Shown here one piece after another: positions 27,435 through 40,904 of a stretch of DNA of 64,000 nt. The notes beneath the pieces were generated by a model. That model was not told where the DNA came from. It ran no database searches and worked only from the letters and a program-made list of their open reading frames with translations. Position numbers and translations under genes: made by a program. This DNA comes from Camelus ferus (Eukaryota), in assembly GCF_009834535.1 (NCBI RefSeq), contig NC_045696.1:64854001-64918000 (forward strand), in the 5' to 3' direction. Positions within the stretch are counted from its first letter, which is position 1. Each line of letters begins with the position of its first letter.

Positions 27435-29876
27435 TCTTTGAAACTTCCTGCCTCATCTTGTATGCTGTTGCTTTATTTGTTCATTTTTTGATGAACATAA
27501 AGGAGGATGTATTTTTTTTTCCTAAGAAGATACTGTTCGGTTCATCACTCAGCAGAATATATCCCAGCCTCCTGCAGTGCTAAGTGTGGAAACTGACCGA
27601 GGCAATGTCTGTGGTTCGTATCTCAGCTACTTGTTTGGAAATTTAGCCCTTTAGGGCTAAAGCAGACCATGGAGGGAACCAGTCTGCACCTTTCTTTTAT
27701 TGATAAGGGAACTGGGACCCAGAAAGGGGAAGAAAGGCCCAGGGTCTTAGTGCAAGTTAATGGTAGAAATGAGTTAATGGTAGAAGCAGAACTAACTCCA
27801 GGTCGTCCACTATTAGTCTTGTGCTGTTTTTGTGTGTGTGACCTTGGGAAAGCTTTGGGATATCTATACCTGTTTTTCTACTTATAAAAACAGGGAAATG
27901 TGGCCACCTGGAATTTTTCAACAGCACTTGTAGAGAACTGTTAAGTTGGTGTAAGTGTAACCCCTTGGGACTTAGTCTTAGAGTTTTGTCTTATGCTTTT
28001 TATATCCATTGAAAAAAACTGTAGTAAAACACTCCCATCCTTATATAACTTTAATGTACTGAATTTTAATTTAATATAATAAAATTTTAATGTAATGAAT
28101 TGGATCTGATTACTACTAACTTTTGTTACCCAATCACTTTTATTAAAAGATGCAATAGTACAGAACTTTATTGATTAAATTGTATCCGAGTCATTTAAGA
28201 AAACTTTCAATAGCTCTCTTGCTTTCAAGACGAGGCACAAATTCCATAGTAATACATTCTATTCCTTAGCGATGTGCTACCAAACATTTTTTTGGAAACT
28301 GATTTCTGCGATGTTTCTTCATATGTCTTATCTTCTGAACCCATTGAACTATCAGCACTCTTCAGTTACTGTTCATTTATTTACTGTTTTGTTCGATCAG
28401 TTTAGTTTTGTTGATCATGAGCTTAGCACAGGAGATATAATAATGTGCGGGACACACAGGGTCTGAGACTGGACAGTTCTCTTGTCACTTCCTGCTGAAA
28501 CCTTGCAAGGTCTCTTCCAACTGAGAAGGGTATATTTATATTCTCTCCTGAACATCTCTGCACAGAGCCCACCTCTCATTAGCAAGTACCTGATTCTCAC
28601 AATTACCACATAAAATACCAGGTTCATCCACTGGACAGTTAAGTTTTTTGAGGGAATAAACAATGTTTTATTTTCTTTATGTCCTCTATGTGCTAAGCAG
28701 TTTGGCATGCAATGAGTGCCCAGTGACTGAAGGATGGAGGGATGGATAAAATGTATGAAGAGATAAAAATGGAGCCACTGGGTAGATACAGAGGGAAAGG
28801 AAAATAAGTGCTTTGGTAGAAAACTGGGCAGTAGTTCCTATTTCACTTCCTGGCCAGTCTCCTTACTTTAGCAATTAAAAATTTTGTACACACACATACA
28901 CACGTTAGAGGTGAGTTGTTACAGAGAAAAGGCAACTCCCCTCCCCTGGTACGTGATTCACATTACATATGTTCAAGACACAGGCAAATTCATTTCTTCA
29001 ACAGATTTTCCCTAAGCTATGGATGTTTTTTAACGATGACTTGCAGGCTAATGAATACCCCAGCAATGAGTTGGAAGTTTTGCATTTAATTTAATCTTTG
29101 AAGCCAAAGAAGCACAAGGGCTGATCTAATTAAAGAAATTACTTATGTGACTATCATCTAATACATATATTAAAGGCAGTGCCTGCCGTGAAATTACCTG
29201 GTGGAGAAGATCCCCAGGCAAGGTTCGCGTTCATGTGGGTTCTTGGTCCGCTGCACCAGGTGGTTTGCAATCAGAACTACCTGGTGAAGAAAATTCTCAC
29301 TAGCATCACAAAGAATTCTGTATTTTGATGGTGCTTCCGTAGTTAATAGAGAATTGTGAGTCTTTTATCCTGTGAAATAAACCAGTAAGAGAAATGCCTG
29401 TGGTTCCAAAGAATCCTATTTTGTCTGAAAATAGATGTTGGATGAAGAGGATGAAGGGAAGTTGGCAGTGAAACAAGATGGAAGAAATGCCTGCTGTATA
29501 TGCTAACTAGGAGGCATTGGGGGGAAGCATGAATATTCTTAAATGAAGATTTTATAGTTCATTTGATGTTACCTGAAACAGGCCTGTTTAAAAGTTCCAC
29601 GGTGAGGAAAAGGTCCAAAGAAGGAAGTAAAGGGTTTCAAATGTAGAACATCAGAGCTAGAGTGCCAGTGCCGTCATTTACCAGGAATGTTACCTTAAGC
29701 CCACTGCCTCAGCGGTCTGAGCTTCTGTTTATGCATATGTAAGTCGGGCATATAATAATATTGTTAATAATAAATAACTGGTGGTTGTGAGGATTGAATG
29801 GGAATCATGCTATTTGTGTCATTTTTATTTTTTAAAATAAAGCCTAAGTTATGATCTTTAATTGAAAAATTAAACC

Positions 29877-29966
29877 GGGGAAGGGTATAGCTCAGTGGCA
29901 GAGTGCATACTTAGCATGTACGGGGTTCTGGGTTCAATCCCCAGTACCGCCATTTAAAAAAAAAAA
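29877..29966 (+). mobile_element. tRNA-Ala(AGC)-derived SINE (vic-1-like)
   Basis: GGGGAAGGGTATAGCTCAGTGGCAGAGTGCATACTTAGCATG...GGGTTCAATCCCCAGTACC plus A-tail. Perfect 13-bp TSD gaaaaattaaacc at 29864-29876 and 29967-29979. Confidence 0.92.
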
Positions 29967-31339
29967 GAAAAATTAAACCTTATACCAGAGATTACTGATC
30001 TTACAGTCAGGAAGCTTGAGCTGTCTTTGAGTTTAAGTCACCAGTGACTGTGGAATTTAAGCTCTCCTGTATCTTCCTCAGTCTTCAATTTCATGATCTT
30101 TACAATGAGGGCAGTGGTCTGGATGATTCATAGGGTTCCTTCCATTCCAGTTCTTATGTTCGTGATTCTGTATCTAAATTTCTTCTTTCATTTTCTAAAG
30201 GATCCTAAAGAACAAAAAGGTTAAGTTGTTTGCCCAGGCTCTCTCAATAAGCGACCAGCCGTTGTTCATTAAAATGCAAAACCCCAGAACTTCGTGACTT
30301 AAAGCTGTGTTAAGCTGCACTTCTAGATACTTACTTATTCCAGTGATTCCCTAAGATTGAATGCTCTGAAAAGAAAATTAGAGGTTGGCATTTTATGGCT
30401 ACTGCCAGTGTTATTCTTTTTAAGTCTTACCCAGATTTTACTGGCTCTGGGAGAATTGGTGAGTAAAACCATCCACACTTTAATTACACAGATTATGCAA
30501 CAGGGGGCTCTCTAACAAAGAAGAAAATCAGTGAGACACACATTTAGCCCTGACTGCTTCTGAAGCAGAATAAGTCTTGCTTGCAGTTTTCAAGGAAGTA
30601 GAAGTGAGATGTGCTATTACAGGGCTCAGTTAGGATTATGAGCTCATGGGGATGTCAGTATTGGGGATTACTTGTTGATGGTTGCAGGACGGCATCGCGA
30701 TGTTGGCTGGTTAGCATTCTGTCTGACAGAGCCACACCGCAGACCCTGGTAAGGCAAATCAGAGGAAGTTCAGAGCTGCGAGCATCCTCTCCTTGGTGAA
30801 TTTCTGGGTTGAGCCAAAAGGAAAAATAGCGAGAGGAAGATGAATTCAGTGGATCAGAGGAAACTGGCAGACCTGGAAAGGGGCCTTAGAACTAGTGAGA
30901 CAGAGTGGAGAGGACATCTCGTTAGAAGCCAACAGATTTAAGTCCTAGCTTCATCACTTATTAGCTATGATCCTGACTAACTGAATTTACTCCTCTGTCA
31001 ATGTTTTGTTCCGTAATAGTGTAATAGTAATCTCTGTCATGCTTGTCCCACAGGATTTTGGTAAGGAGTAAATGCTGGAAAACTTAAATCTTAAGGTGTG
31101 ATATGACTTTTTCTCAGTCCAATCTCCCAGTTCGTGCACGTCCCCAGCTATTTGGAAGGAAAAAGCTCCCAGCTGCTCTTGGTTGAGAACATTCTTCATA
31201 TCAGCTTTTCCCACTCAGCCCAGCTATATCTTTTCTTTCCATAGAGGACAAAAAAGAAGAGCTACAGCAACCGTCACCAACACGCCACCCATTCCTCCTC
31301 CTCCTCCCACTGCCACCAACACCACACAGGGAGGTGACT

Positions 31340-31570
31340 GATCCGTTAGTAAGAGGCTGGATCCAGACTTCCTGGGTTCAAATCCTGGTCATTCCCTTTA
31401 CTAGCTTATAGCCCAGCCAAGCTGTTTCACTTTTTTGTTCCCCCCTTTCCTAGTTGATAATGTTAATACCTACTTCATAGGGTTGTTGTGAGAATTAAAT
31501 CAGTTGATACTGGTAACGTGCTTAGACCAATTCGTGGTAAATAATTAGCACTGAAAAATACTTGCTTTAA
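31340..31570 (+). mobile_element. MIR SINE (representative; other MIR-like pieces near 1.6, 3.0, 14.8, 16.9, 26.6, 29.7, 34.2, 39.2, 39.5, 51.6, 52.4 and 55.2 kb)
   Basis: cctgggttcaaatcctgg ... acctacttcatagggttgttgtgagaattaaat MIR core. Confidence 0.8.
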
Positions 31571-34415
31571 TCATTATTGCCTTTATCCAGAGTTACAGAG
31601 AAGTGCTGTGTGGTAACGTAAACAGTCAGGTTTAGTTCTAGGGACGGAGGGCACCTAGCCATGGGCCAGGGGGCGAAGGATGACTGGTTACTCTTTACTT
31701 AATTTCACTCCCCTGAAGCTAAAAGGAGGAGAAAAGAGAATATCTTAGTTTGTTTCACATAAGTGCTATGATGTGGGTGAACACAGAGACTCGTAGGGTT
31801 TTAGGTGAGGAAGGAACCTTGGCATTCATCTGGTTAATCTCATTTTAAGTTTAAGAACATGGAGACTTAGGAGGAATAATTGGTCTAAGGTTCCATATTG
31901 AGCACATAGCATGAAAATGAGATTTCAGCTCAGGTTAGGAGTAGGCCCTGTTGGAACAGATTGCTTCTGTTGACTCTCCTGACTATAGAATTACCTTTCT
32001 TTTATCTGCATTGTTACAAAACTGCTTGTTAATGGTCATCTACGATATTGCACGCAGGAAAAGGAACCCAGCAACCTCTGAACTCCACCCATGATGAGCA
32101 GCTTTGCTTTGATTTGTGCCATCTCTGTGATTAACAGACCACTTCGTCGCTTCTCATTCCTCCTCCGCCACCACTCCCGCTCACTCAGAGATACGGGAAC
32201 CCAGTCTGACCCAAATTGGGAGAATTTAGTAGCTTCAGAGAGTATTGTTGGGATTAGAGTCATTTATTCTCATGACAGTCTTTGCTACGGCTCCTAACGT
32301 CCTCTCTTTTTCGAATAATTGGTCACATAGAAAATATTCGGACACTTTACATTATGTACTCTTTGACTTGTTAGAATACCTTAAACTAAATGTCACCCCG
32401 GTTCCAGGACCCTCCCAAAAGTAACCTACCGTTAATAAAGTTAAAACAAATAGATCATCAATTATCCTTTTAAAACCTTCAAATTTTATAGATGAGTAAA
32501 CTAAAACATGGAAGTTAAATGACCTTTCTGTAGTCACACAACTTTCTTCTCAAAAATGCCTCCTAGTGGGATACATGCTTACTCACCAGTTTTGAAGACA
32601 ATACTGTGTATGCAGTGAAATTAAAATTATCAATAAGAATGTGGGATGGTTGCCTCTTAAAATTCCTAACTTCATAAATGTGACAATTGTCAGTCCGCCA
32701 TCTAATGTCTCTCCATCTTCCTGATTGTGCTTTGGGAAGTTTAGTTCCAAATCATTTGGTAAGAATTTTTCTCAGTATAATAAGTTTTCTCGAACTGGTT
32801 TTGCGTTTTCCAGAGTTGTGATTCTCCTTTTTTCATTCTAAAAAGTGAAATCAAAGATGCTATATTAAATCTGTGACTGTATATATAGATTTAAATATGT
32901 CCTTCTTTCTACTGTAAATTGAGTCTCCAGATTTCTCTGTGATTACTCATAGTAGGAGTTGTCAATCTTGTAGCAAAGTGCATCTGCAAGACGGAGCCAG
33001 TATTTTCACACTCTCCACGAGGAGCCTAACAGTTTACCTGCAGGAGCCCTTCTGTGCAGGGAAATCGTAGAGCTGCTAACACTATTCTTTGCCCTCCTAA
33101 TCCTTTTCCTTTGGTTCTCTGTTCACTTTAAGCTCATTGACTTTTGGCTACTTTAAAGTCTCCTACCTCAATATGGGATCTTTCCTACAGAGAACACCAG
33201 AAGAAGGGGCAGTGATCATCCTCTGCAGAATCTACTGTGGTTTTGCCTCACACCTTAAGGGCTTTTTACACTGGCCTTTCCTGGGGGACTTTCCCCATTT
33301 ACATTTTCATAGGTTCATGTGTTTTCTTCTCCTTAATCTAGGATGCCACACCTCAGGGGAACAATACCATTTTCCCTTTCAACTATTCATTAAAAAGCAG
33401 CGCCTTGAATCAGCTATGCAGCCTTTGTGATACATGTTCATGCCCTATGAAAGAGGTGTTAACCCTGTGCTTTCTCCCCAGGGTTATCCAGGTATGCTTC
33501 CCTTGACTGCCTCCTTGAATCTTGAATCTTGCTACATTTTACTGTCACCTTTTCCCACTAACAATCCATTTCACCATTCATTCATCCTTACCTTTTTCTT
33601 TCTTAAAAAAAAAAAAAAGGTTTTGCTACGTACTGCCTTGAATGTAACCTGTAGTGATTTTCATTCGCTCTCCACCCCAGCAGTGCTGACTCTAACTATT
33701 TTATAGAATACCCATTTCAGCTCTCGGAACCCTCCTCCTGTGGTTCTGCTCCTTACCTTGACTTGAATGTCTCTGATGATGGGAAGCTCACTTTCCCATT
33801 TTGTGAAGCAGTCTCTTTGATAGTTGGTCTGCACTCTCTTGTACATAACTGCTTGATGGAATCCAAGTTTGCCTCAGGACACACAAGGTACTTTTCTTTT
33901 GTCATTAAGAACTTTTCAGATGCTTGAAGATAGACATCAACTTTCATCAATTTCTCTTTCCCTAGCTCTAGTTATTAAATTAGTACTTCGAATGAGGTCA
34001 TAATCACCAGTGAATAAATAACATGGATGCCTCTGGCTTAGATTCTGAGTAGTCTTAACTCATGAGATTATCTTAACTTTTTTTTTTAACACTTGAAGAG
34101 TATAAGTAGGTCCCCTTGTAAATTCATATTGTGGCTCCATCATCTAAAAAGTCATGAAGAGAGCTTTGGATTTGGTGTCAGCTAAACTAAATTTGAATTC
34201 TTGATTGGATCCATACTTCTGACAATTAATTAACCTTTATGACCTTCAGTTTTCTCACTGTACTTGTGAATAACAATGTTGGCCTTCTGGGGTTATTGTA
34301 AGGATTAAGTAAAAGAACCTGTATAGAGCCCAGTAGTGCCTGGCACATTGTAGGTGTCTAGTAAGTCTTATTTTCCTTCTCTTTCCTACCATATCCCTCC
34401 TTTCCCTCAAATACC

Positions 34416-35395
34416 TCTTTTTATTGAAGTATAGTTGATTTACAGTATTATATTAGCTTCAATATAATACAGCATAGTGATTCAATATTTTTACAGTTTA
34501 TACTCCATTAAAAGTTATTACATGATAATGGTTATAATTCCCTGTACTATATGATATATCCTTGTTCTTTATCTGTTTTATACATAGTAGTTTGTATCTC
34601 TTAATCCCGTATCCTTAACCTCCCCACTTCCCTCTCCTCACTGCTAACCACTAGTTTGTTTTGTATATCTGGAGTTTGTTTCTGTTTTGCTATATATATT
34701 CGTGTTTTTTTTTTTTTAGATTCCACATATAAGTGATAACAGAGTATTTGTCTTTCTCTGTCTGACTTATTTCACTAAGTATAATATAATATTCTCTAGA
34801 TCCATCAAGTGTTCCTGCAAATGGCAGAATTTCATTCTTTTTTATGGCTGAGTAATATTCCAGTGTGTGTGTGTGTTAGTTTTTTTCCTAGGTAGTTTAT
34901 TCTTTTTTATGTGACTTTAAATGGGATTGCTTTTTTACTTTCTCTTTCATACAGTTCATTATTAGTGTATAGAAAAGCAACAGATTTCTGTATATTAATC
35001 TTATATCCTGCAACTTTGCTGAATTCATTTATTAGTTCTAACAGTTTTGGTTGAAGACTTTAGGGTTTTCTATATAAAGTATCATGTTATCTGCAAATAA
35101 TGACAGGTTTACTTTTTCTTTTCCAATTTGTATGTCTTTTATTTCTTTTTATTGCCTGATTGCTGTGGCTAGGGCTTCTGGTACTGTGTTAAGTAGTGAG
35201 AGTGGGTATCCTTGTTTTGTTCCTGAATTTAGCAGGAGGGATTTCAACTTTTCACTGTTGAATATGTTAGCTGTGGGTTTGTCATAAAGGCCTTTGTTAT
35301 GTTGAGATATGTTCCTTCTATACCCACTTAGATGAGAGTTTTATTTTATTTTATTATTATTTTTAATTTTTTGTTTTAGATGAGAATTTTTATCA
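34416..35395 (-). mobile_element. Younger L1: 3' UTR joined to an ORF2 segment
   Basis: ttttattgaagtatagttgatttaca tail and tagattccacatataagtgata, then after ~34876 reversed ORF2 motifs (gcaactttgctgaattcatttattagttcta, atctgcaaataatgacag). Confidence 0.9.
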
Positions 35396-36835
35396 AATAT
35401 ATTTAATCTATACTTTGAACACAGAATTTTCAGTTGATGTCTTCGTGTGATTTGAACTAAAAGGCCTGAAATTACATAAAGACTCTATAAGGAAAACCCA
35501 GTGCTTCCTTGACTGAAATAAAGATTGGGGTTTTAATGTAAGACTTTACTGAGTGCCAATGTATAACAAAGGAAATTACAATTTAGAGATAATTTACAAT
35601 TACTATCTGGATAACTTGATATGGTTCATTCCCTGGGGTCCACAGCTCCAGACCAGTAACCTAGGCATCTCCAGGAGATTGTTTTCTTATATAGTTTCTG
35701 GCCTGATTCTGTTTGGTAGAGAATCATCTCCCTTGGCAGTCAGAACTACTCTAAGTGTGGCTGGATTACTCAAAATCCAGGTATAAGAAAGTCATACCTG
35801 CTTCCTTGAGTTAAATATGCCTTCCTGAGCTCATGTCTCTTTTTTTATCTGGTGCCGGAAACTATGGCTTTGCACTCACTTTAGGGAATAACCCTTCCCC
35901 TTCTGAGAATGTTGTGGGTTTACACTAGGATTTTATCAGCGTAGCATCATCAGAAAGTGGTAGCTCAGCATCTTTGCTAGATGTACACGTGGGATAAGAG
36001 AAAACACATTCCCAGATTAAGACCATGTGTTTTCCACTGTTTTTATCAGACACTTCTTTTTCTTTTTCTTTTTTTTCATAGCCACTACTTAAATGATGCT
36101 ATCAGAGACTAAAGGTGATATCACTATTAATAAAAGTATGCCTGAGGTTTTGCTTAAGGTAAAATTTGAGACTGTTTTTATTCATTCTGAACGTTTATTA
36201 CTTTCAAGTCAAAATTAAATCAACACACATTTACAGAGTATCTACTACAGTTAAAGTAAAGTGCTAGATCCTCACCAGAACAAAAAATATATGTCATGAT
36301 TCTCACTCCCAAATTCTGTTTCTAATCTGATATAGATCATATTTAGAATAATTTTATAATAAAATCCACTTATTTGTAAGATAAAGTCAACATTCTTTCC
36401 CTGGCTTTTGTCCTCAGAAAATAATAAATGCTTCTGGTTACTTATCTTTTAAAAGCCAGTTGTGGCCGTTTCCTTGTCTTTTTCCTTTTTAGGGATGAGA
36501 GGAAGAACTGTCAACATGAAGAGACAGGAATGGGCCTCTTCTCCATTGCTGTGTTCTTAGCATACTCAGCCAACCAGAGATAATGATCTAGCCTGCTTTT
36601 AAAGAAGTTTCTTTCCTTACGGTCTCTAGTGATTACAGTGTGTGCACATTATCTAGAATGGGCTGATGACCTCATGAGATCCCTTCCAGCTATTATTGCT
36701 AGTTTAAATACTAATATCCTGTCCAAAAATTACAAATATATTACTGCTCTTTCTTGCTCCAGATACTGTTTAAATAAATATTTTTATGCAATCATCTTAT
36801 CCCTTTCTGGATTTCTGAGCACTGAAATGCATACT

Positions 36836-36882
<47 letters not shown>
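36836..36882. repeat. (TCTA)11 tetranucleotide microsatellite
   Basis: Perfect TCTA array read directly. Confidence 0.97.
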
Positions 36883-37919
36883 CGACTTTGATTGTATAAG
36901 CATACAACCATCTACACCAATGTCCTCTTGAGTTCATGTTGCATGTGCTAGATTAGTTGGCAGAATTAAGCACAGGGGAATATAGCTTTATATGAAAATG
37001 ATTGTTAAGTGAATAACAAAGAACTTTACTAAGTGCTTTCACTTACTACTCTGGAATTCTTGAATGTTTTCTTGTTTGTCTCTTTAGCATTCCAAAAGGA
37101 AGCTTGCCACATAATTTTTTTATTTTTATTTTGATCTATTTTGCTTAGCCTCACAATGTGAATTTAGAGGTTTTTAGATGAATGATGCTACTTTTTATCC
37201 ATCCATCCATCTACTCATCTACCCATCCATTTATTCATTCATTCATTCATACTGTTCCTTGTTTCAAAACCCAGTGCTATCTTTTCAATATATGATTTTA
37301 ACTAATGTAGGCCATTTTACAGGCAAATAAACTTAGGCTCAGACCAAGTAAATTTATGCAAGCATGGATTATTTCCTCTAAATCACATATTTTTTCTACT
37401 TTATATTTTATTTTTAGAGAATTCTAAAAAGTCAGGAGTAGAAATGACCTTACTGGTCACCTCTCTCACCAGATTGTATATGTCAGTTATTTCCTGTAAA
37501 ATCTTCCTCAGTATCAAATCCCTGCAAGCACAGAGTCAGTGAGCTCCTTCACTGATTGTTATTTTCACAGCACCCAGTTTTATGTGCACATAGAGGATAA
37601 AAATATGAATTTACAACAATTATAATAATATAATTTGAGTGTCAGTCATGTGCTGGGTGCTGTAAGAGACTGCTATTTCAACAAGATCCATTCTCTGAAA
37701 ATTTGGAATCTAAAATTAGAAATGAGAGCAACCAGGAATGGTCCATGGAGAAAGCAGCTCAGTACAGATGGGTGCCAGCATGAATACTAGGATTATCAAA
37801 CCATTTTAAGGTCATTTTGATCATATTCTAGACTTAAAAAAATTGACTACTCATTTCATCTGACATCTATGGTCCCTTTTTTCATTTTGTTATATTCCTT
37901 TTCTTCTGTGAATGTGAGA

Positions 37920-37920
<1 letters not shown>

Positions 37921-37956
<36 letters not shown>
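37921..37956. repeat. Compound (TG)10(AG)8 microsatellite
   Basis: Read directly. Confidence 0.95.
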
Positions 37957-37957
<1 letters not shown>

Positions 37958-38183
37958 CATTGAGAGAAAAAAAGAGAGGGAGAGGTCAGAACTGAGACTA
38001 TAGGCCTAAATATAGGGGGTAGAGGTTAGTCAGAGCAGAAATCTAGGTACCACGGAGCCTCTCGGGGTATCCAGTTTTAATAAATATATTGAATTTAGGC
38101 AGATAATTTGAGAGGGTATTGAGGAAGCAAAATGATCAAGTTGGAAATGTGGAGGCTACCATTGAATTGGCTGAGTTTGTTAC

Positions 38184-38327
38184 TTTTTTTTTCTTTTTTT
38201 TTAATCAAAGTATAGTCAGTTACAAAATATCAATTTCTGGTGTACAACATACTGTCCCATTCATGCGTGTATATACATATATGCATTTTCATGTTCTTTT
38301 TCATTAAAGGCTAGTATAAGATACTGA
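38184..38327 (-). mobile_element. 5'-truncated L1 3'-end stub
   Basis: Poly-T then aagtatagtcagttacaaaatatcaatttctggtgtacaacat...cattaaagg; similar to the copy at 53.8 kb. Confidence 0.75.
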
Positions 38328-40832
38328 TGTTTCTTGATATAAGTGTTTCAAACTATATTTGCATCCAAGACAATAAAAAGTTGCATTTTTTTTGGAAAAA
38401 AAAAAAAAAGAATAAATGTTTCACTTCCGCCTTAAAAAGATGGATGGATGGGTGAATTCATTCATTCATTCACTCAAGTATTTACTGAGCATCTGCTATA
38501 TACTAAATGATATTTTAGGCACTGGAGATAGGAAAGTGAATAAAATAGACAACCTTCCTGTCCTTACGGGTTTTACATTCTCATGAGGATCTTCAAGCTA
38601 CCTTTCCCATCTAGAAGGAAGGGGTATCACTGGATCAGTGACACTGGGAATTAGAGAAGGGGTAAAATGATGAAGAATCACTTAGGGTAGGTTTTTTAGC
38701 ATCCTTCATCCAGCTGGGAAGGAAAATAACCAAGTGCTAAACCTGTGGTTTAAGCCAAACCAATGTATGTTTCTTTTTAGGAACAGGAATGGAAGAAGTA
38801 TAACTTTATCCTCTTATAAGTTTCTCTAATTTCTATTTTGATTTAGTTTCCCTGTAGTTTTCTAATGAATCTCAACTTGAATAACTGAACTAAGGAGGAG
38901 AGTGTTTGGAGGCCACCATCTCAGAAGGAGAGGGTACCCTTTCATGCCAAGAGTGGGAAGACCACCATCTTGGCTCCCTGGCCCAGAGAGAGGTGAAAAG
39001 CTGCAGAGGGAGATCTGGGACACTTGAGTCCCCCTCCTTTTCAGCACTGAATGATCTCTTCAAGGTCATTTACAATATGTGAAAGTCTGCTAGCGGAGCA
39101 TGAGAGGTCAGTGAATAGAAGGACATACAACATTTCCATGTTTTTCTTTATGTGACCTTAGGGACATGAGAGACATTGAGGTCAGAAGGCCTAGATTAAA
39201 CCCCTATATCTTCACTCATCTGTTGTGTGACCTTGGGAGATTACATCACTTACTGAAGTCTCAAGTTTGTCTGTAAAATTGAGTTATTATTATCTCCCTA
39301 ACTTTCCTCACAAGGTTGTTGAGAACCTCAATGAGATGATACATGGGAATATGTATTTACTAAACAATAAAAGACTATGTCAATGCAAATGATAATTACA
39401 TTCTTATTTTATTAATTGTATTATATGATTATACTTATTCATGGAATCATGTTTTTATTGACATAGAATGTGACAAGATAAAAGAGAAGCTCTGGAAATA
39501 AACCAGTCACATTTGAACTCTAACAGTTCTTCACTGGGTCACCTTGACCAAGCAACTAACCCTCTCTGTGCCCCTGTTTCTTCATTTATAAAATGAGGAT
39601 CATCATAGAACATACAGAGTAGGGTTGTTGCAAGGATTTAATGTGTTAATAATTGCAGTGCACTTAGAACCATGCAGGAAGCTTAGCCATGGCTCACATT
39701 AGTTAGGCCTTATATTTCTTATTAAAACAGACATTTTTTAAAACACCGATAACTTCTCCCCTTGGGCAATTAGAACACTACCCCTAATCTATGTCATAAC
39801 GAAGAATTAAATCTATTGCTTTCTTATTTTGAGAGGTGATCAAAACCAAACATATATTGTAGTAATTCAGTTGCTGAACTGATGAATGAAGCACCATAAA
39901 GGAACTCACAATTTATTAGAAAGTAATTGTTTATATTGCTCTTGCCAACCTATTTTAACCGACAAGCTGGCACAGAAAAGGGAATGGAAGTGCAGCCGTT
40001 GTGTGGGTAACATTTGTGGAGAAAAGGTCCTCTTCTGCCTGTCAGGCTTGCTGTGTCAGAGGCTGGTGAGCTCATATCCACCGAGCTTTGAGTCAGGGGC
40101 CTGATCTCAGAGCAGGATGATGTATGAGCAGAGCTAGGCTCCTTTGTATTCCCAACAGACAAGGACACTGACAATACCCTACTAATGAAAATTTTGTTTG
40201 CCATTACAATGTCAAGGTTAATCATTCATTTCAAGGAGAGTTCCAGCCTTCGTTAAATGCATTATGTCCAGGAGTGAATGATGATGATGTATGAATCACA
40301 AGGTGTGTTTTCCTGTTTTGCGAAGTCTGGATTTTACAGCAAGGCCTTGAGTTAAGTGGATATTTTAATGACAGCATGCTCATTGGAATGCTTTACGTTA
40401 TCATCACATCTTCTTTGAGCCTTGCAGCACCATCCAGTTAGATAGGTACTGGGAGTGCCCTTGTCACTGATATATTTTGCAGATGTGTTTTAGATATTGA
40501 ATAACTTGTCCAGGTGCATACAGTTAGTGGGTGATTAAGACAAGAGCCACATCAAGATCATGATGGCATGAACTGTAAGCTAGCTGAGGGCAAGGAGAAT
40601 GTAGAGGTGCATAGAGTTCCCCTTGGTAACTGAAACAGGGCCTTGGATGCAATCTGTGCCCAATTCAGGGTTTCAAGTGAATGACAGTCAGTGCTTCTAA
40701 TAGTTTGATTCGGGAGTTGGAAGACTTGGCCTAAGAATAAGGGAAAGACTACTAAACATTCTGTTTTTCCCTTTTAAAATATGGAGACATTTAAGACTAT
40801 CTATGTTTTATTTGTTTGAAGGGAGGTCAGAA

Positions 40833-40904
40833 ATATATATATATATACATATATATATGTGTGTGTGTGTATATATATGTATATGTGTGTATATATATAT
40901 ATAT
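40833..40904. repeat. Mixed (TA)n/(TG)n microsatellite
   Basis: Alternating purine-pyrimidine tract read directly. Confidence 0.9.

Noticed and set aside
12181..29966. tRNA-Ala genes
   Set aside because: 5' extensions, A-tails, TSDs and stem mismatches indicate SINE copies rather than functional tRNAs.
32091..32209. C/D box snoRNA (ATGATGA ... CTGA)
   Set aside because: No terminal stem or recognisable guide, and such short boxes are common by chance.
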